A DNA stretch of 63,092 nucleotides, counting the filler. It is 5 parts of 5 records of this genome, joined end to end, with 100 filler letters (N's around TTAATTAATTAA, not from the genome) between each part and the next. Parts side by side here need not be neighbours in the genome. Positions count along the whole stretch, not along the records: positions 8,540 to 23,450 come from DRR378314_457; 4 more parts are not named here. One strand, 5' to 3'. Positions 8,540 through 20,450 of the stretch are shown piece after piece (positions within the stretch are counted from its first letter, which is position 1; the number at the start of each line of letters is the position of its first letter). The notes beneath the pieces were generated by a model. It was not told where the DNA came from, did no database searches, and was given only the letters and a program-made list of their open reading frames with translations. The translations under genes and the position numbers were made by a program.

Positions 8540-11500
8540 ATTCCACTCGTACACGGGGAGTCTGCAGTTCTGAACTACTTGCACGGTAGGAACACGGCGG
8601 CGTTCTGCAGTAACACCTACGGGCAACAACCCGCTCCCGAGAATCGAGGACCTTTTCTGAAGGATAATCGACTTCATGCACGGTGTTGAGACTGTCTCTA
8701 AACTACAAGGCTACAAAAGGGGAAAAAACTTAAATAGTAATCTCTCAGGCCTCCCGGAAGAAGAGCGCGACGAGCACCGATTTGCCCGACAACGAGACGT
8801 ACTTTTCGTCGTTGATAATCTCATTTCGCTTATCGGGATTTTGAAGATGATGCTTGCGAATATACTCCCACATACTCTTAACGATCTGAATGCAAAAAAT
8901 AATCCACCACAGGTATTCGAACGGAAGTGATGACGTCCCGTCGTACGAGTTAAACCTAGTACATCCTGACGAGGACCGGGCACATACAGATACACATACT
9001 CGATGCTAACACGCTATCCCAGTATTGCTGTACACTGTAATACTTTTTCGCTACAAGTACGCTGCCGTGCAGATACGCTGCGAGGACAGCCATGCACGTC
9101 GTACATTTGGCCGTGTATCTTCCTGGATCCCCAGAGCGTCCGCTAGTCCTTCGTCCAGCACCCACACGTTCTTCTCTGTCTTCTTCTGCGGTTTGCGCTT
9201 CGGCTGCGCCTCGTGTGCCGAGCTGCAGCACATCACAGCGAAACAGCGAGAGCGTCAGTACCGCAAAGCAGCGGATACAAGGGCCAAGACCCACAATAAA
9301 AAGAAAAATAGGAAGGAAGTTGCCGCCTGGGAAGCGCCACAATTCGCCCCCCAGACAGTATTTCAGTTCGAAGAGCACTCGGAAGACGCGCCGGGAGCGA
9401 CAGAAATAGAAAGCAGTGGTCTTCAGCTGCGCGAAGAGCCTCTTGCGAGGGCACAGCGATCTCTCTCGCGCGCGCACGCGCGGCAAATTTCGACTGTGAC
9501 GAGGAGAGGTAGCGCGCTGTCGAGCACATGTAAAGCCATACCCACTCCAGACGCATACTGCGCCATGCGTCTCAGATTTTCGCAGATCAACAGAGCAAAT
9601 AGGCACGTTTAACCGCAGGCAACTTATATTCTCTAGGGCGAGCTTGTGCGTACCCGTGCTGGGAAAGGAGCACGCCGAGGATACCAAAAGCAAACGACCA
9701 AATGCGCCCACTCTATAAGCACAAAAACTCAACGTACGAAGCGTCGGTCTCGACCATTGAGCGCGCCAGCGCTTCTTGCAGCTGACGATCTTCAGCAAGC
9801 GCGAGTCCACCACGACGATTCGCCTGGCGCGCTGGACCGCTATATACCGAGCTCAGGTCGACTTCCGCCTTCTTCCGTTTCTATAGACATTGCAACACCG
9901 AGCCGTAGTCATAGCCATAGCAGAGGAAAAGAAAAAACAATGGCGAGCACACCCGTCACGTTCTTGGCAAAATTAGGGAACCACAGGGCGGGGACGGTAG
10001 GGCAGGATTCCAAGGCGCTAACCGCACGCGTGAAGGACGACCGCGGGCAGAGTAGCAGAGCGCGCTAACCCAAAGGCTGCAGCGAACCTTGGCTGCGGAG
10101 ACTTTCGGCTTGGCATCAGGAGTGGATCGTTTTGCACCATTGGAAGATGTAGGAGGCGAGGACGAGTTCTTCACCTTCTTCTTTGGCGCGTTCTTCGCCT
10201 GCGAGGCACCTGCTGGCTTTGCAGTGGCGCTCGCCTCTTTGCGCTTCGCACCGCTAGAAGCCGGAAAGTGCTGAGCGAGCATTTTGTTCATATTGAACAT
10301 ATTCACCTCTTGGTCACCCGGCCTAATGGAGCATTGTAGAGCACCAGAACGTAACGCTATCGATGAGATCATTTGAGCAAGTAGGCGAAGAGTGCATTAT
10401 CGCAGTCCTTTGTCCTCCTTCGGTGCTGTTGCCAGGTCATGGCGTGCGAAAGATCGGCGCCGCTGCTCTGCGGAGCGGCATAGCCGAGAGCACCGTACGA
10501 CGTACTGCAACAGTTCCTTCAGAGTATCATCACAGAGAATAATGCGTCGGTTTGCGGGATCTTGTAGATTATGCTCGCGTATATATTCCCACATCCGCTT
10601 TACGACCTGCACCAACCGAAATAGCGGCGTATAGTGCAGTTCGTACACAGTGAGGACAACGCAAAGGCTCCTCGCTCGGACAGCTTCCTCGGCGCGAAGC
10701 CACGGGGCTTCCCAGCATCCTTTGCATATCGCCTATGACGCAAACGCTCAGATGATCCAAGGCGTCGGAACGAAAGGATGGGAGAGCCTTTGGGGGGGGG
10801 CACGAAATCGGATACGGATGTACAAGGTGCAACGAACCGAGCTGCCTGCATTGGACGCCGAGCGCTCTCCCGCGCGCTATGCACCTCCGTACCTGCGGTC
10901 TGGTCATGTGCGTCGCTCCGCCCACGAATTTGCTCAGCGTTGGCGACAAGAGCTCGCCAGATTTTTTCTCTACGGCACACGAACGAAGTTGAGGAGCACC
11001 ACGCGTCAATAGGCGGTGCGGCAAGAGGCAGGTGGCGATGAGCAAGCGGAGAACGCACAATTCCAAGTCCTTCGCGATGTTGCTGAGCAAACCCCACACG
11101 ACATCCGGAGAATGCGGTGAAATCCTCTCTTCACTGAACTACAGCAATCAATGGTTTGTGAAAACGTATCCGTGCAGTCAGGAGCTGGATACTGCGCCGA
11201 GTGATGAGGTGGTAGCAAGTCGGCACGTGCAGCGCCGCAAGCAGCACAAGGACTGTGAAAGCACCACGACATACGCGGTGTCTCGACTACAATAGCACCG
11301 CCGTCCTGCAATGGATGACCACGTCAACTGCAACTGGGTTTGCATGTGCGAAAATACGTGCCATCTGTAGACTCTGAGCGCGATGGCTTGGACGTGGATC
11401 CCCGCTTTGGCTTCGTTGTTGTCTCGGCTGGAGCGCTTGGCGCACTGTTCGTCCCGTCTGAGCGCTGCTGCGCGTCTGACCGCAAAAGTCGCACGATTTC

Positions 11501-12154
11501 GCCCGAAATGAACTGTTTCCTTGACGAAAGATCTTCACCAAAATGCTTCGACGTATAAAAATATTGCACACAAAAGAAACATGGGCGCAGCGTTATCCCC
11601 GTTGTCACGATTGGCGAGCGTGCGGAACGCGCAAAGCGCCAGCGAGAGCAAGCGGACGTGTCGGTGGCCAGCTGGATTGTCTTGGCGCGCAGCAGTAGAA
11701 TCGCATTCTTCCTACTCACGCTCTCCCTTCACCCAGACATAAAGGCAGGTATTCAGGAAACTTCTTACTTGTGTACTGAAAAGCATATTAGATACAGTCT
11801 GCGAGGGAGTGACACGGGAATTTCTGCATAGAAAAGCGGGTGCGGGACCTGCGCCGGCACTCCGCAACGCTCCGCTCACGCGCGTGCACCCGCAGCGCTT
11901 GAGCGAACGACAGGGCGCAGAGGACGCGGCTGCGGCCGCATTTTTGCGCATCCCGCATGCGCAAAGACGCGGAAACGCACAAAAGAATACACCAGCGTGT
12001 TCTTTCTCCAAAAAGCTGGAATGTTTCTTCCCTGCCGTGCGCAACTCACCTGCGAGAGCATCTTGCGCACTTTCTTTGCGCTCGTTGTCTGCAGGTCCAC
12101 TTCTCGCAGGACAACCTTGAGCTGCGCGACGATGTCGTCGTCCGTCACCACCAT
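8540..12154 (-). CDS. Eukaryotic multi-exon DEK-C + SWIB + UIM + SWIB protein (UAF30/Spp27/TRI1-like), 3' end unresolved at contig edge
   Basis: Exons 12154-12050 (MVVTDDDIVAQLKVVLREVDLQTTSAKKVRKMLSQ), 11545-11362, 10969-10893 (LSPTLSKFVGGATHMTRPQ), ~10607-10507 (VVKRMWEYIREHNLQDPANRRIILCDDTL), ~10322-10088 (VNMFNMNKML), ~9880-9737, ~9224-9106, ~8885-8803 (IVKSMWEYIRKHHLQNPDKRNEIIND); splice sites fit. Confidence 0.88.
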
Positions 12155-12860
12155 TGCGAATACTCCAGACGAGCCCTCGGCCTCGTTGCGACCACCTTTC
12201 GGACAATGATTCAACTAAGTATGCCACAACCGGCAAGTCCCAACGCTTCTCGCGCGCAGATAATCTGCTCGGAAGGAGTGCTGCGCACCGGCCGCCGGAC
12301 ACGCATCGAGAGCAGCGCGCGGAGCGGTCGCCGGCTCGCTGCAGTGCGCTGGCGACCGCTCCGCAATATTCCGCTGATCAACAATAATCAATACAAAAGA
12401 AAATTACACACCATATTGACTCATGAGTTGATCACTTATCTTTTTCGGCCCGTAGATAGCTCGCTCCTCTGCAAGCGCACGCGCCGATCGCCCTATGCAC
12501 TGCTATACTAGTGCGTGCTGGGTTCAAGGCCTCTATGGCTTGGAGAGGATTCATCTCTTATTCTTTGCGGTGCTTTTGCCATTTGGTTGCGGTAGTCTAT
12601 AGACCGGCTGTTCAAGGAAGTGGCGGCGCGGCGCACAGGCAGTGGAGCCTGCTGGCGACACGTGGAGGCGACGCTCACCGCTGCAATGAACCCAGCGTGC
12701 ACTATCGTGTGCAATCATGCAGCTCCCAAAAAAAATAAGACGTATCATTTGCAAAGAAATCAAGCTTTGCATGATTCCGAGAGAGAGACTATTACTTGTA
12801 TTTCACAGGGCAGACCTCGGCAATTACCAAGGGTCGGCGCCACCGCTCAACGCGTTCCGG

Positions 12861-14556
12861 TCATACGACTTGATCTGTCAGCAGCAATTCACCATTTCGA
12901 ATGCGACCGCTGAGGCGTAGGACGTGCAGCGGCGCCAATCTGTTATATCTCCAACGCATATGAATCTGTCGCCAACAGAGTTCACAAGCAGGAAGGAAAC
13001 GTTTGAACCCAATGAGAACTGCCGGCGCAGGCTGGACACCGCGATAGGAAAAGCAGCTCTCCGCTGGAGACGGAACTGATGTAGCGCACTCGTCCATCGA
13101 GGATCCCGCGTGAACGCTTGCAACATTGTCGTCTGGAAGCATGCAGGTGCAAAGAGACAAAAAGCCAAGCAGCACCTTTGCGGCAAGACGCACCTGGCAG
13201 TCAACGTCCCGAGCAGTTCCGGTCTCCAGCGGCCGAACGGAGCACATAGCTGCATGCGTGCGGGGCAATAAACATGTACAGGGCTCACAAAATCAAACCG
13301 CGAAATGGCAAAAAAATTTTATGTGCACCTCCAGTGCTCTGTGCTGTCTTAATAACAGCATTCAGTAGCAGAAGAAAGGATCGTTATGGTACAGGCCCAG
13401 GAGCGTACCGTTACTCGTGTGAGCGACTCTAGCTCGCAGCGCGGCTACATCCTCTTCGTCAGCATCTGAGTGGAAGACCAAAAGATATCCCGACGAATGA
13501 TTCACAATCTGGGCCACCCATGTGTGAATAGCGCGGAGAACTCGATCTTGCTGCGTAGCAAAGCATTCGACAAGGAAAGAAACTGAATCTACGCAGATGT
13601 ACGCAGTTGGATTCTGTTCCAGCAGCAATGAGACTTGCGAGGAAACTGAGGCCCAGGAAGTCTCGTTCGATGAGCCGACGTCGGGCTGGACCGATACGAC
13701 GGCAATCGCTCCTTTTCCTCGAAGGTCAGCAAGAGAAATCCCCTGTAGCGAAGAGCACGTCACGGCGTCGATGAACTGATGAATAACGAGGGCCACACTT
13801 CGCCACCCGTGACGAAGAATTGTTCACGGTCGCACGAGCGCAATTGTCCTTCAGGAATTTGTAGTTGAGCACGAAACGTGCGCCCGCACAAGGGAAAACA
13901 GAAGCCAACGATGCGGCTCGCAACCGCACCCTTGTACAATCGACTACGAAACCAAGAATACAATCCGTGTGAGCCACATGCGGTGAAAAAAGTCGGGAGC
14001 GAGATGTGCACGGCACGCGGCGACGAAAACCACAACGATATGCCGGCGGCTGGTGAAGAGATCTCCGCGCACTCTACGTTGGCGCCGAGCAACTCTCACG
14101 CGCTCGCCACAGCAGACGCAGAGAACAATCACCACGGTCGGCGATACGCGGAATAGGACGATCCTATGCGGAAGTGATTTAGGCTCTTTCGCACGCCATG
14201 GGCCATACAGCAAAGAAGCAGCGTAGTCCGGCCGGTAAGTGCGCACACCTCCGAAAGAAATGCCGCAGCGTTGCTCTGTGTACAGGGGATGGCGCAAGAA
14301 CGCGCGGCTCGAGGAGGCTCAGCGCACGGACCTGCTTCCGAAGTGTTCGGTCAAATCGCTGCACCTCTGGGACGGCTGTCACCCAGACAAGCCGTGCAGA
14401 GTCTTGATTACTCTGTGCTGCGGAAAGAACTTGAAACAGCCACCGTGCAATGATTGCGTCTGCGTCCACACCAACCCACGTGTCAGCAACGACACGGGCG
14501 GCCTGCGCGCCGAATACAGCAGGTACGCGACCTGCAAGCGTCGAGGCCTCCGGCAT
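12861..14556 (-). CDS. ELP6: Elongator subunit ELP6-like protein, multi-exon (3' exons uncertain)
   Basis: Exon peptides VVADTWVGVDADAIIARWL..LRKQ / GISLADL..YICVDSVSFL..LLVFHSD / CSVRPLETGTARDVDCQ fit the RecA-like ELP6 pattern (PLxTGxAxDV). Confidence 0.7.
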
Positions 14557-15611
14557 TTCGGCGCTCTGCAACGAAAACAGACCGAAGAATTTCATGGATA
14601 CTGTACAAGCGTTAAACATTCACACAATCTCGCCTTCCTTGCTTGTCATGCTCTACGGAGCGCACCGTCGCAATGTGTTTATGCGAGCACCATGATGCAG
14701 ACGACGCTCCAGTGACGCACGCATTGCGGAAGACAAACGCAGAGCACTCTCCAACGTGCTCGCGGTCGTGCGCCGCGGAGCTGCCTCGATCTACGACACA
14801 GGCTTTGAACTTGTTTCATTTTGTTCTATTACTTTCCAGCGGGTGTGCGACAGGCACTTGCACGGCTGATGCTAGCCAGCGAGTGGGCGCTGTGAGCGCC
14901 GGTGTAACTCAAAGCGCTCTACTTCCGCTCGCTTCCTGCGCAAAGGCTGCCCCGAATCGACAGAGAAACAGCCAAGGCGCGACGGGAAGAATACTCCTCT
15001 CTCCTACCCTAAAGCTTTCACTTTTCCACGCGCTACTCACTGCTCTGGCAAAAGTGAAATGGAAAACAAACGCACCGTCGTTCGCTCTTGCGGGTGGGGG
15101 AGGTCCTACCAAGCACAGACGCCGCAAACAAAAAGCGCAAAGGTCGGGTCTGCTAGGCGTTCGCCCTTGGTGCATTGGCGTTCCGCGCAAGCGCAGTATG
15201 GTAACCCTACCATGTCAAGCACTGGTTTGATACGCTAACGACGAACCTACATACCCAGCCGATCATCTCGCTGGCCTCTGTGATGCGTGCTCCGCATTTG
15301 ACGCGAGCGTGCAGGTGCGCAGCGACCACGCGATAGTTGGTGTTGCAGTGCTTGTTGCAGTATTCCAGCGAAGAATTCGTTCCTCTGTAAGTTTCCCCGA
15401 ATAGATCAACTTTTTGTAGTTGTCTCGAGCTGTACAATTTGGTAGCTGCTCGCGTTCGCTGCAGTAGGATCTTCTGCTCGTTGCGTGCCTCGCTGCGCGC
15501 AGTGCTTGGCTCCGCCAGCTCACGAAACGTGCACGACTGCGTGTACTCCGTTTGTGTTTTTTCCGGCCGTGCTGCCACGTCCGTTGTAACGCGGTGCGGC
15601 TAAAGTTTCTG

Positions 15612-15731
15612 ATGGTCAGGGTTCCGGATATTGTCTTCAAAGGGTTTGTGGGCTTTCTGATTGGCAGCTCCGTTCTCCTCGGCGCGAATGTGATCAGCGG
15701 TTCGGTCGAGCTTGCGCGCAGGAAGCGCGAG
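15612..15731 (+). CDS. First exon of a small single-TM protein, COX14-like; downstream exon(s) not resolved
   Basis: MVRVPDIVFKGFVGFLIGSSVLLGANVISGSVELARRKRE followed by donor GTATGT at phase 0. Confidence 0.5.
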
Positions 15732-16804
15732 GTATGTTTTCGCGAGGGTGCAGCGTGCTGGTGCACGTGCTGCGCACGACAAGTTCGTCGCGGAGCAGTG
15801 GAGAAAAAGTGTAAGCGTTGCGTACGAGCGTGCGCTTAGCGCCTGTTTTGTCGCGGCCCTAAGAGCTAATCGCAACGCTGTCCGTCTGATACGAGGCGCG
15901 GGTTTTATCTTTGAAACTCGCGGCATCCCAAGTTGTCATCTCCCGCAAAGTGCGCCGAATGCGAGTGAGAACGGACCACGTGTCGCGTTGGCCCTTGCGA
16001 GTGAGCGAACATTCGCAGCACTTTTTGACGGCCGGCGTGGGCGATGGGGGTTCTATAGCTTCTTGGCCCCAAGCGCCGCAGCCGAAAGCGGCCTCTGTTG
16101 GAAAGTATGTACATCCAATCTAGTGTGTGGATGGTATTTTTGTTGTAGTATGCTTTGGGGCGTACATAGATGCCGCCTTGGTGTGGCGCACGGGAGCCTG
16201 CGCACGTCGAGTGCGGCTGCGCCACTACTCCCGCACGCGTCGCCAAGCACGTGCACGGTGCTTGCTTTGCAGAATTTCGCCCAACGCGTGTCTACTTGTT
16301 GGCCGCGGCAGCGAGCGTTTCCTTGCGATCGTTTGCACTTCCGCGCCCTGTCTGACACATTTTTCTTTGATTGTGCATCTGCACTGGGTGCATCATGAAT
16401 GCAGCAAAACGCTGCCCAGGATAGCCCGCAGGACACGGAATCGTCCTCTTCCACGTCCGCGTAGGCGCACCCCTCGACGGCGAAGCCTCGGAAACGCGAC
16501 AGCGCGTCCCGGTGTTCGATCGCACACGATTTGCGCCACGCGCGCCTTCCATGATCTGCTCTCTACTGCGTTTGTCGCGATAATGTGTAAATTCTTTTTT
16601 GTGCACTTGTCTCGCCCCAAACTGAAGATCGAAGAGGCTGGGTGGCGGGATAGGAGGGAGAATCTGGCGCAGATTCGTACACCATACATGGATGTTTATT
16701 CACAGGCCGCCCCGCGCACACCAGAAGAGTGTCACGAGACGCAGCAGCGCTTTGGCGCCGCATTTCCCCACGCATGCACCAGATCTTTCGCACGCGATAT
16801 AATA

Positions 16805-18366
16805 TCAGTGCGGTTTAGGAACATGGCCATCAACATAAAAGTTGCGAGATGCGGCGGGAAGCGTGCAAGTAATACCGTCCAGTTCGCGCGTAAGGACAAC
16901 CTGGCAGCCAAGTCGAGACCTGCACGAGAAACCACACGCACGGCGGCCATCATCCATTACGGGAGAGAAAGAAGGAAACGCGCCCATACACCTTGCATAC
17001 TACGACACAGTTCGAAGCAGATCTGCTGCGGTAATTTTCAACCAAAAACGTACGTGTCGGTTAGACCAAACGCAAGGTCAAGCATATCGTTCTCCTCGTC
17101 GCCCGGTTCGTCGAGGGAGTCGTACGAGGCCTCGTCAAGAACCACGTGGCACGTCGAGCACGCGAGGCTGCCTTCACACGCTCCTGGAAATTCCAGCAAA
17201 ATGTTGAAGTACATACACTTTGTCAGATGCAGAGATCAAGCGTGGGCGCACATGTGCAAACTATCATCGTCAGAGGCTCGGGAGAGAGGTGTACGCAACA
17301 CTGTGCGTACCTTCCAAGTCAATTTCGTTTCGATGAGCACACTCGAGAACATTTTCTCCCTCGAATGCCTCGACTTCAATCCGTTCGCCTTCTTTAGAAA
17401 CAAACGTGACTCGGATCCTGTGGAATCAGTGGAGAATTGCGTGTACTGGTCAGCACGAGTGATGCATGAGAAGATATTAAGCGACGGGCGAACAAAAGGA
17501 ACCAAGTGGAAACATGCACAGGATGCCAGCAACGCAAGTGGTGGTTGCTTCGCGTGCGCAGAGCGTACGTTGGCGCGTCGGTGTCCCCTGGCGCACTTCC
17601 GCTGTCGGACTGATGCAAAATCCCTGCGCATAGAACGAAAGAAGCAAAGCGATACGAGTGCGACGCACGGTCACACGATGAGAGCCATGGAGATAAGCTA
17701 TTGATACTGACGTATACGTGAAGGCAATTTCATTCCCTGCCCACGCCGGCCGCCTATACCGCTGGCAGCACAGGCTCGCGCGCGCGCACTGCTCGCGCGC
17801 GGTCGACAGCGGGCTGGATGGCGCCGAATCTGCTAGGCGGCAGAGCGGGAAACGACATGCAGAAAGAGGAAATCCAGCCCCTTCTGACTGTGTGTGCATA
17901 CCAGTATCAACCGATTGACATGATAGACTAATGCTTATGACGACGCAAGTGTACTATGCTGGCCATAACAGCGTGTAGAAGCGCGCGGCAGAGAAACGAC
18001 GGTGCAGTCAAGCACGCGAGCGCACCGCAAGGGGCTTCCCTCCCGTGCACTCGCGTCTGCGTTGCGCAGCCGCCCTGTGTGCGCGCGGCGGCGGCCCCAC
18101 GCAGGTGAGCAATTCGTGCTCTGTAGTAATTCACGTGACAAACATGGAATGTAACTGTACAGGAAGAGTAGTATGGAGACGGAATATATACGGGGTAGCA
18201 ACAAGCGTGCATATCTGCGCAACAGGCAGCGCGAGCTGTGCGAGCGACGCATGTGGTAGCGCGAGCATACACGCAGCAGCGAATACGCACCGCGAGAACC
18301 GTGCAGGAACCGCGCGTTTCCAACGCCAGACGTCGCTGCGCGGCAAAAGCGGCGAAGCGCCAACAT
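16805..18366 (-). CDS. Mitochondrial 2Fe-2S ferredoxin (adrenodoxin/FDX2-like), multi-exon
   Basis: Transit peptide [11 protein letters not shown]; exons [34 protein letters not shown] / [28 protein letters not shown] / [18 protein letters not shown]. Confidence 0.95.
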
Positions 18367-19021
18367 TGAACAAGAGAACTATCAAAATAAACTGAAACGC
18401 AAAAAACTATTCTGCGAGCGTCGCCGCCGTTGCTCCGCCCAGACGCGGCAATCGCTTCCGCGCACGCGTGTCAAGCCGCCGAGGGAATCGCCGGCGTGCT
18501 GTGCGGTGCCACGGCGCGCCACTGCGGGTGCGACAGGGGAGTGAGAGCGCGCAAAGGGAACCACCAACAAGGAGAATACGAACCTCCAACCCTACCTTGT
18601 CCAATTCCTTGCACACGCCATCTCGCACAGAGATACAGCATTGTCGCCTGTGCTTTGGCGGTGGTGCGACTTGTACGCTTCCAAGTTTTTCCGCACAATA
18701 GGAATCTCTGCTGCCTTACGTATCCGTTCATGGGAGACAGCCAAAGCACAACGTAGATGTTAGTGAATAAGAGTGTCGATGTTCGGTTGAACCGCCAAGC
18801 AAGGGCTTGGAAGCGTTGCGTCATCTCCGCCGTGACAGAGCGGGCAGTCGAGTATGTAGGCAGGATTGTATCCAAGTAGCGGGTCAATGGCTCGAGCGTC
18901 GAATCCCCGGAGCGCCCTCACGTGCCGGCTCGCAACGACGCGCGCGACGTGCGCGCCGGACTATTCGCGAGGACGACCGCAACAGGGCCTAGCGCCGCTG
19001 CCAGGGGTGCTGCCGACGAAC

Positions 19022-20164
19022 ATGCTCTTCCGTGCTCTCTCTCGCGCGTGGGTCTCCGCCTCGCGCGGTATCACTTCTGTTCAGGCATCTGTTCTTCCGC
19101 TTGCACAGCAGATTCCGGCCTCGATGGTTTCCCTCGGAGGTAGCGCGCGCGCAGTTGCAGGTTCGTGCGCCAGCGCGGCGGCCGTGCCGGCACCGCTGCG
19201 CGCCCCTGCGCGCTCGCAGCGTGCCCGCAGGGCGTGCCGCTGATAGGCGTCCAGCCGCGCGCCGCAGTATAGTGCGCAAGCAAGAACGCGTGAGAGTGTG
19301 ATTCCATACTTGAACCGCCGTTTCGGGCGGTAAAGAGCGTGATTGCGGTTCGCGCGGGCGCGCTCGTCGCTTACGTGCTCGCGGTGAGCGCGAACCGGAC
19401 AGCCGCCGCGCCCGCAGCTGCTCCCCGCGCGCCGAGCTCGCCTCGTCCTTGCGAGCTGGAACTCGCGCGCACTCCCCTCAACATGCCGGCGTGGCTTGCG
19501 GTACCTTCTGGCACCGTGTATTAGGCGATTTGTGCTGATATCCAACAGAAATGTGTTTCTAAAGGGCTGGATCGTGCATTACTTTTTTTTTGTTTGTTTC
19601 CTTGGCCGCTTCCTTGTGTCTGTAGCAACTGCTACGGAGTCGACACCGCGCATACTGGAAATGCCCGGCGGGCTCTTCCAGCCGCTGGCCGAGGGAGGTA
19701 AGGGCCTTCGTTGTACTCTACTGTATGGCGACATTGCGGCGCTACTTTGTCCAATACATACCGTATATGATTGCGAAGAATATCTGTGGCCATTTTGCTG
19801 TGCGGCTTGCGGCTGTTTCGCAGGCAGAGGCCACGAAGGCGCCGCGTGTACGACAACTCGCACAGCTGCTTGCCGCTCCAACGCTCGCTCTAACACGCTG
19901 CTGCGCGGAGCTTTCGAGCGCCCGGCCGGCGCGCAAGCAGAGCGCCGCGATGCCCTGTGTTTTCCCTGTAACGTACCCATTTGTTACTTTCTGCATATAT
20001 ATTGTGTGCTTGCAGAGTCGTTGCTGGCGCTGAAGCGAACGTATCAGCCGAATGTTCGCCGCCGCAAGAAGGTCCACGGCTTTCTCTCTCGGCTGCGCAC
20101 GCCGGGCGGCCGGCGCGTGCTCAAGCGCCGCCAGCAAAAAGGGCGCACCTCGCTTTCTGCATAA
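19022..20164 (+). CDS. Mitochondrial ribosomal protein bL34m, three exons (19022-19139, 19626-19697, 20016-20164)
   Basis: Exons join in frame (339 nt); transit peptide [49 protein letters not shown]34 signature. Confidence 0.93.
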
Positions 20165-20450
20165 CCCAGCGAGATTAGTGCATGCGGTGATTTGCAGGAG
20201 CGATACAGTGCATATTTGAGCGCTAGGCGGAAATGGCGAACATGTATGGCGGCGAGCGTGTACTTTGGCGACTGATGTATGAGGACTGGCAGGGCGAGAG
20301 GGAGGTGCCTCGCGTTGGCGGCGCAAGTGAAGCACGCCGCCAGCGCACAGTGCTGCATTGTGCACTGTATTCCTCTTCCTTCGAATACACACGCCGGGGC
20401 AACGATCCTCAGAAACCCCTTTCATGGACCGCATCCTGCTGCACTCGCGG

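Noticed and set aside
19496-20164. Bacterial rpmH or plastid L34 in a 222-aa ORF
   Set aside because: The ORF spans introns; the three-exon model with an Arg/Ser-rich presequence fits a nuclear-encoded mitochondrial protein better.
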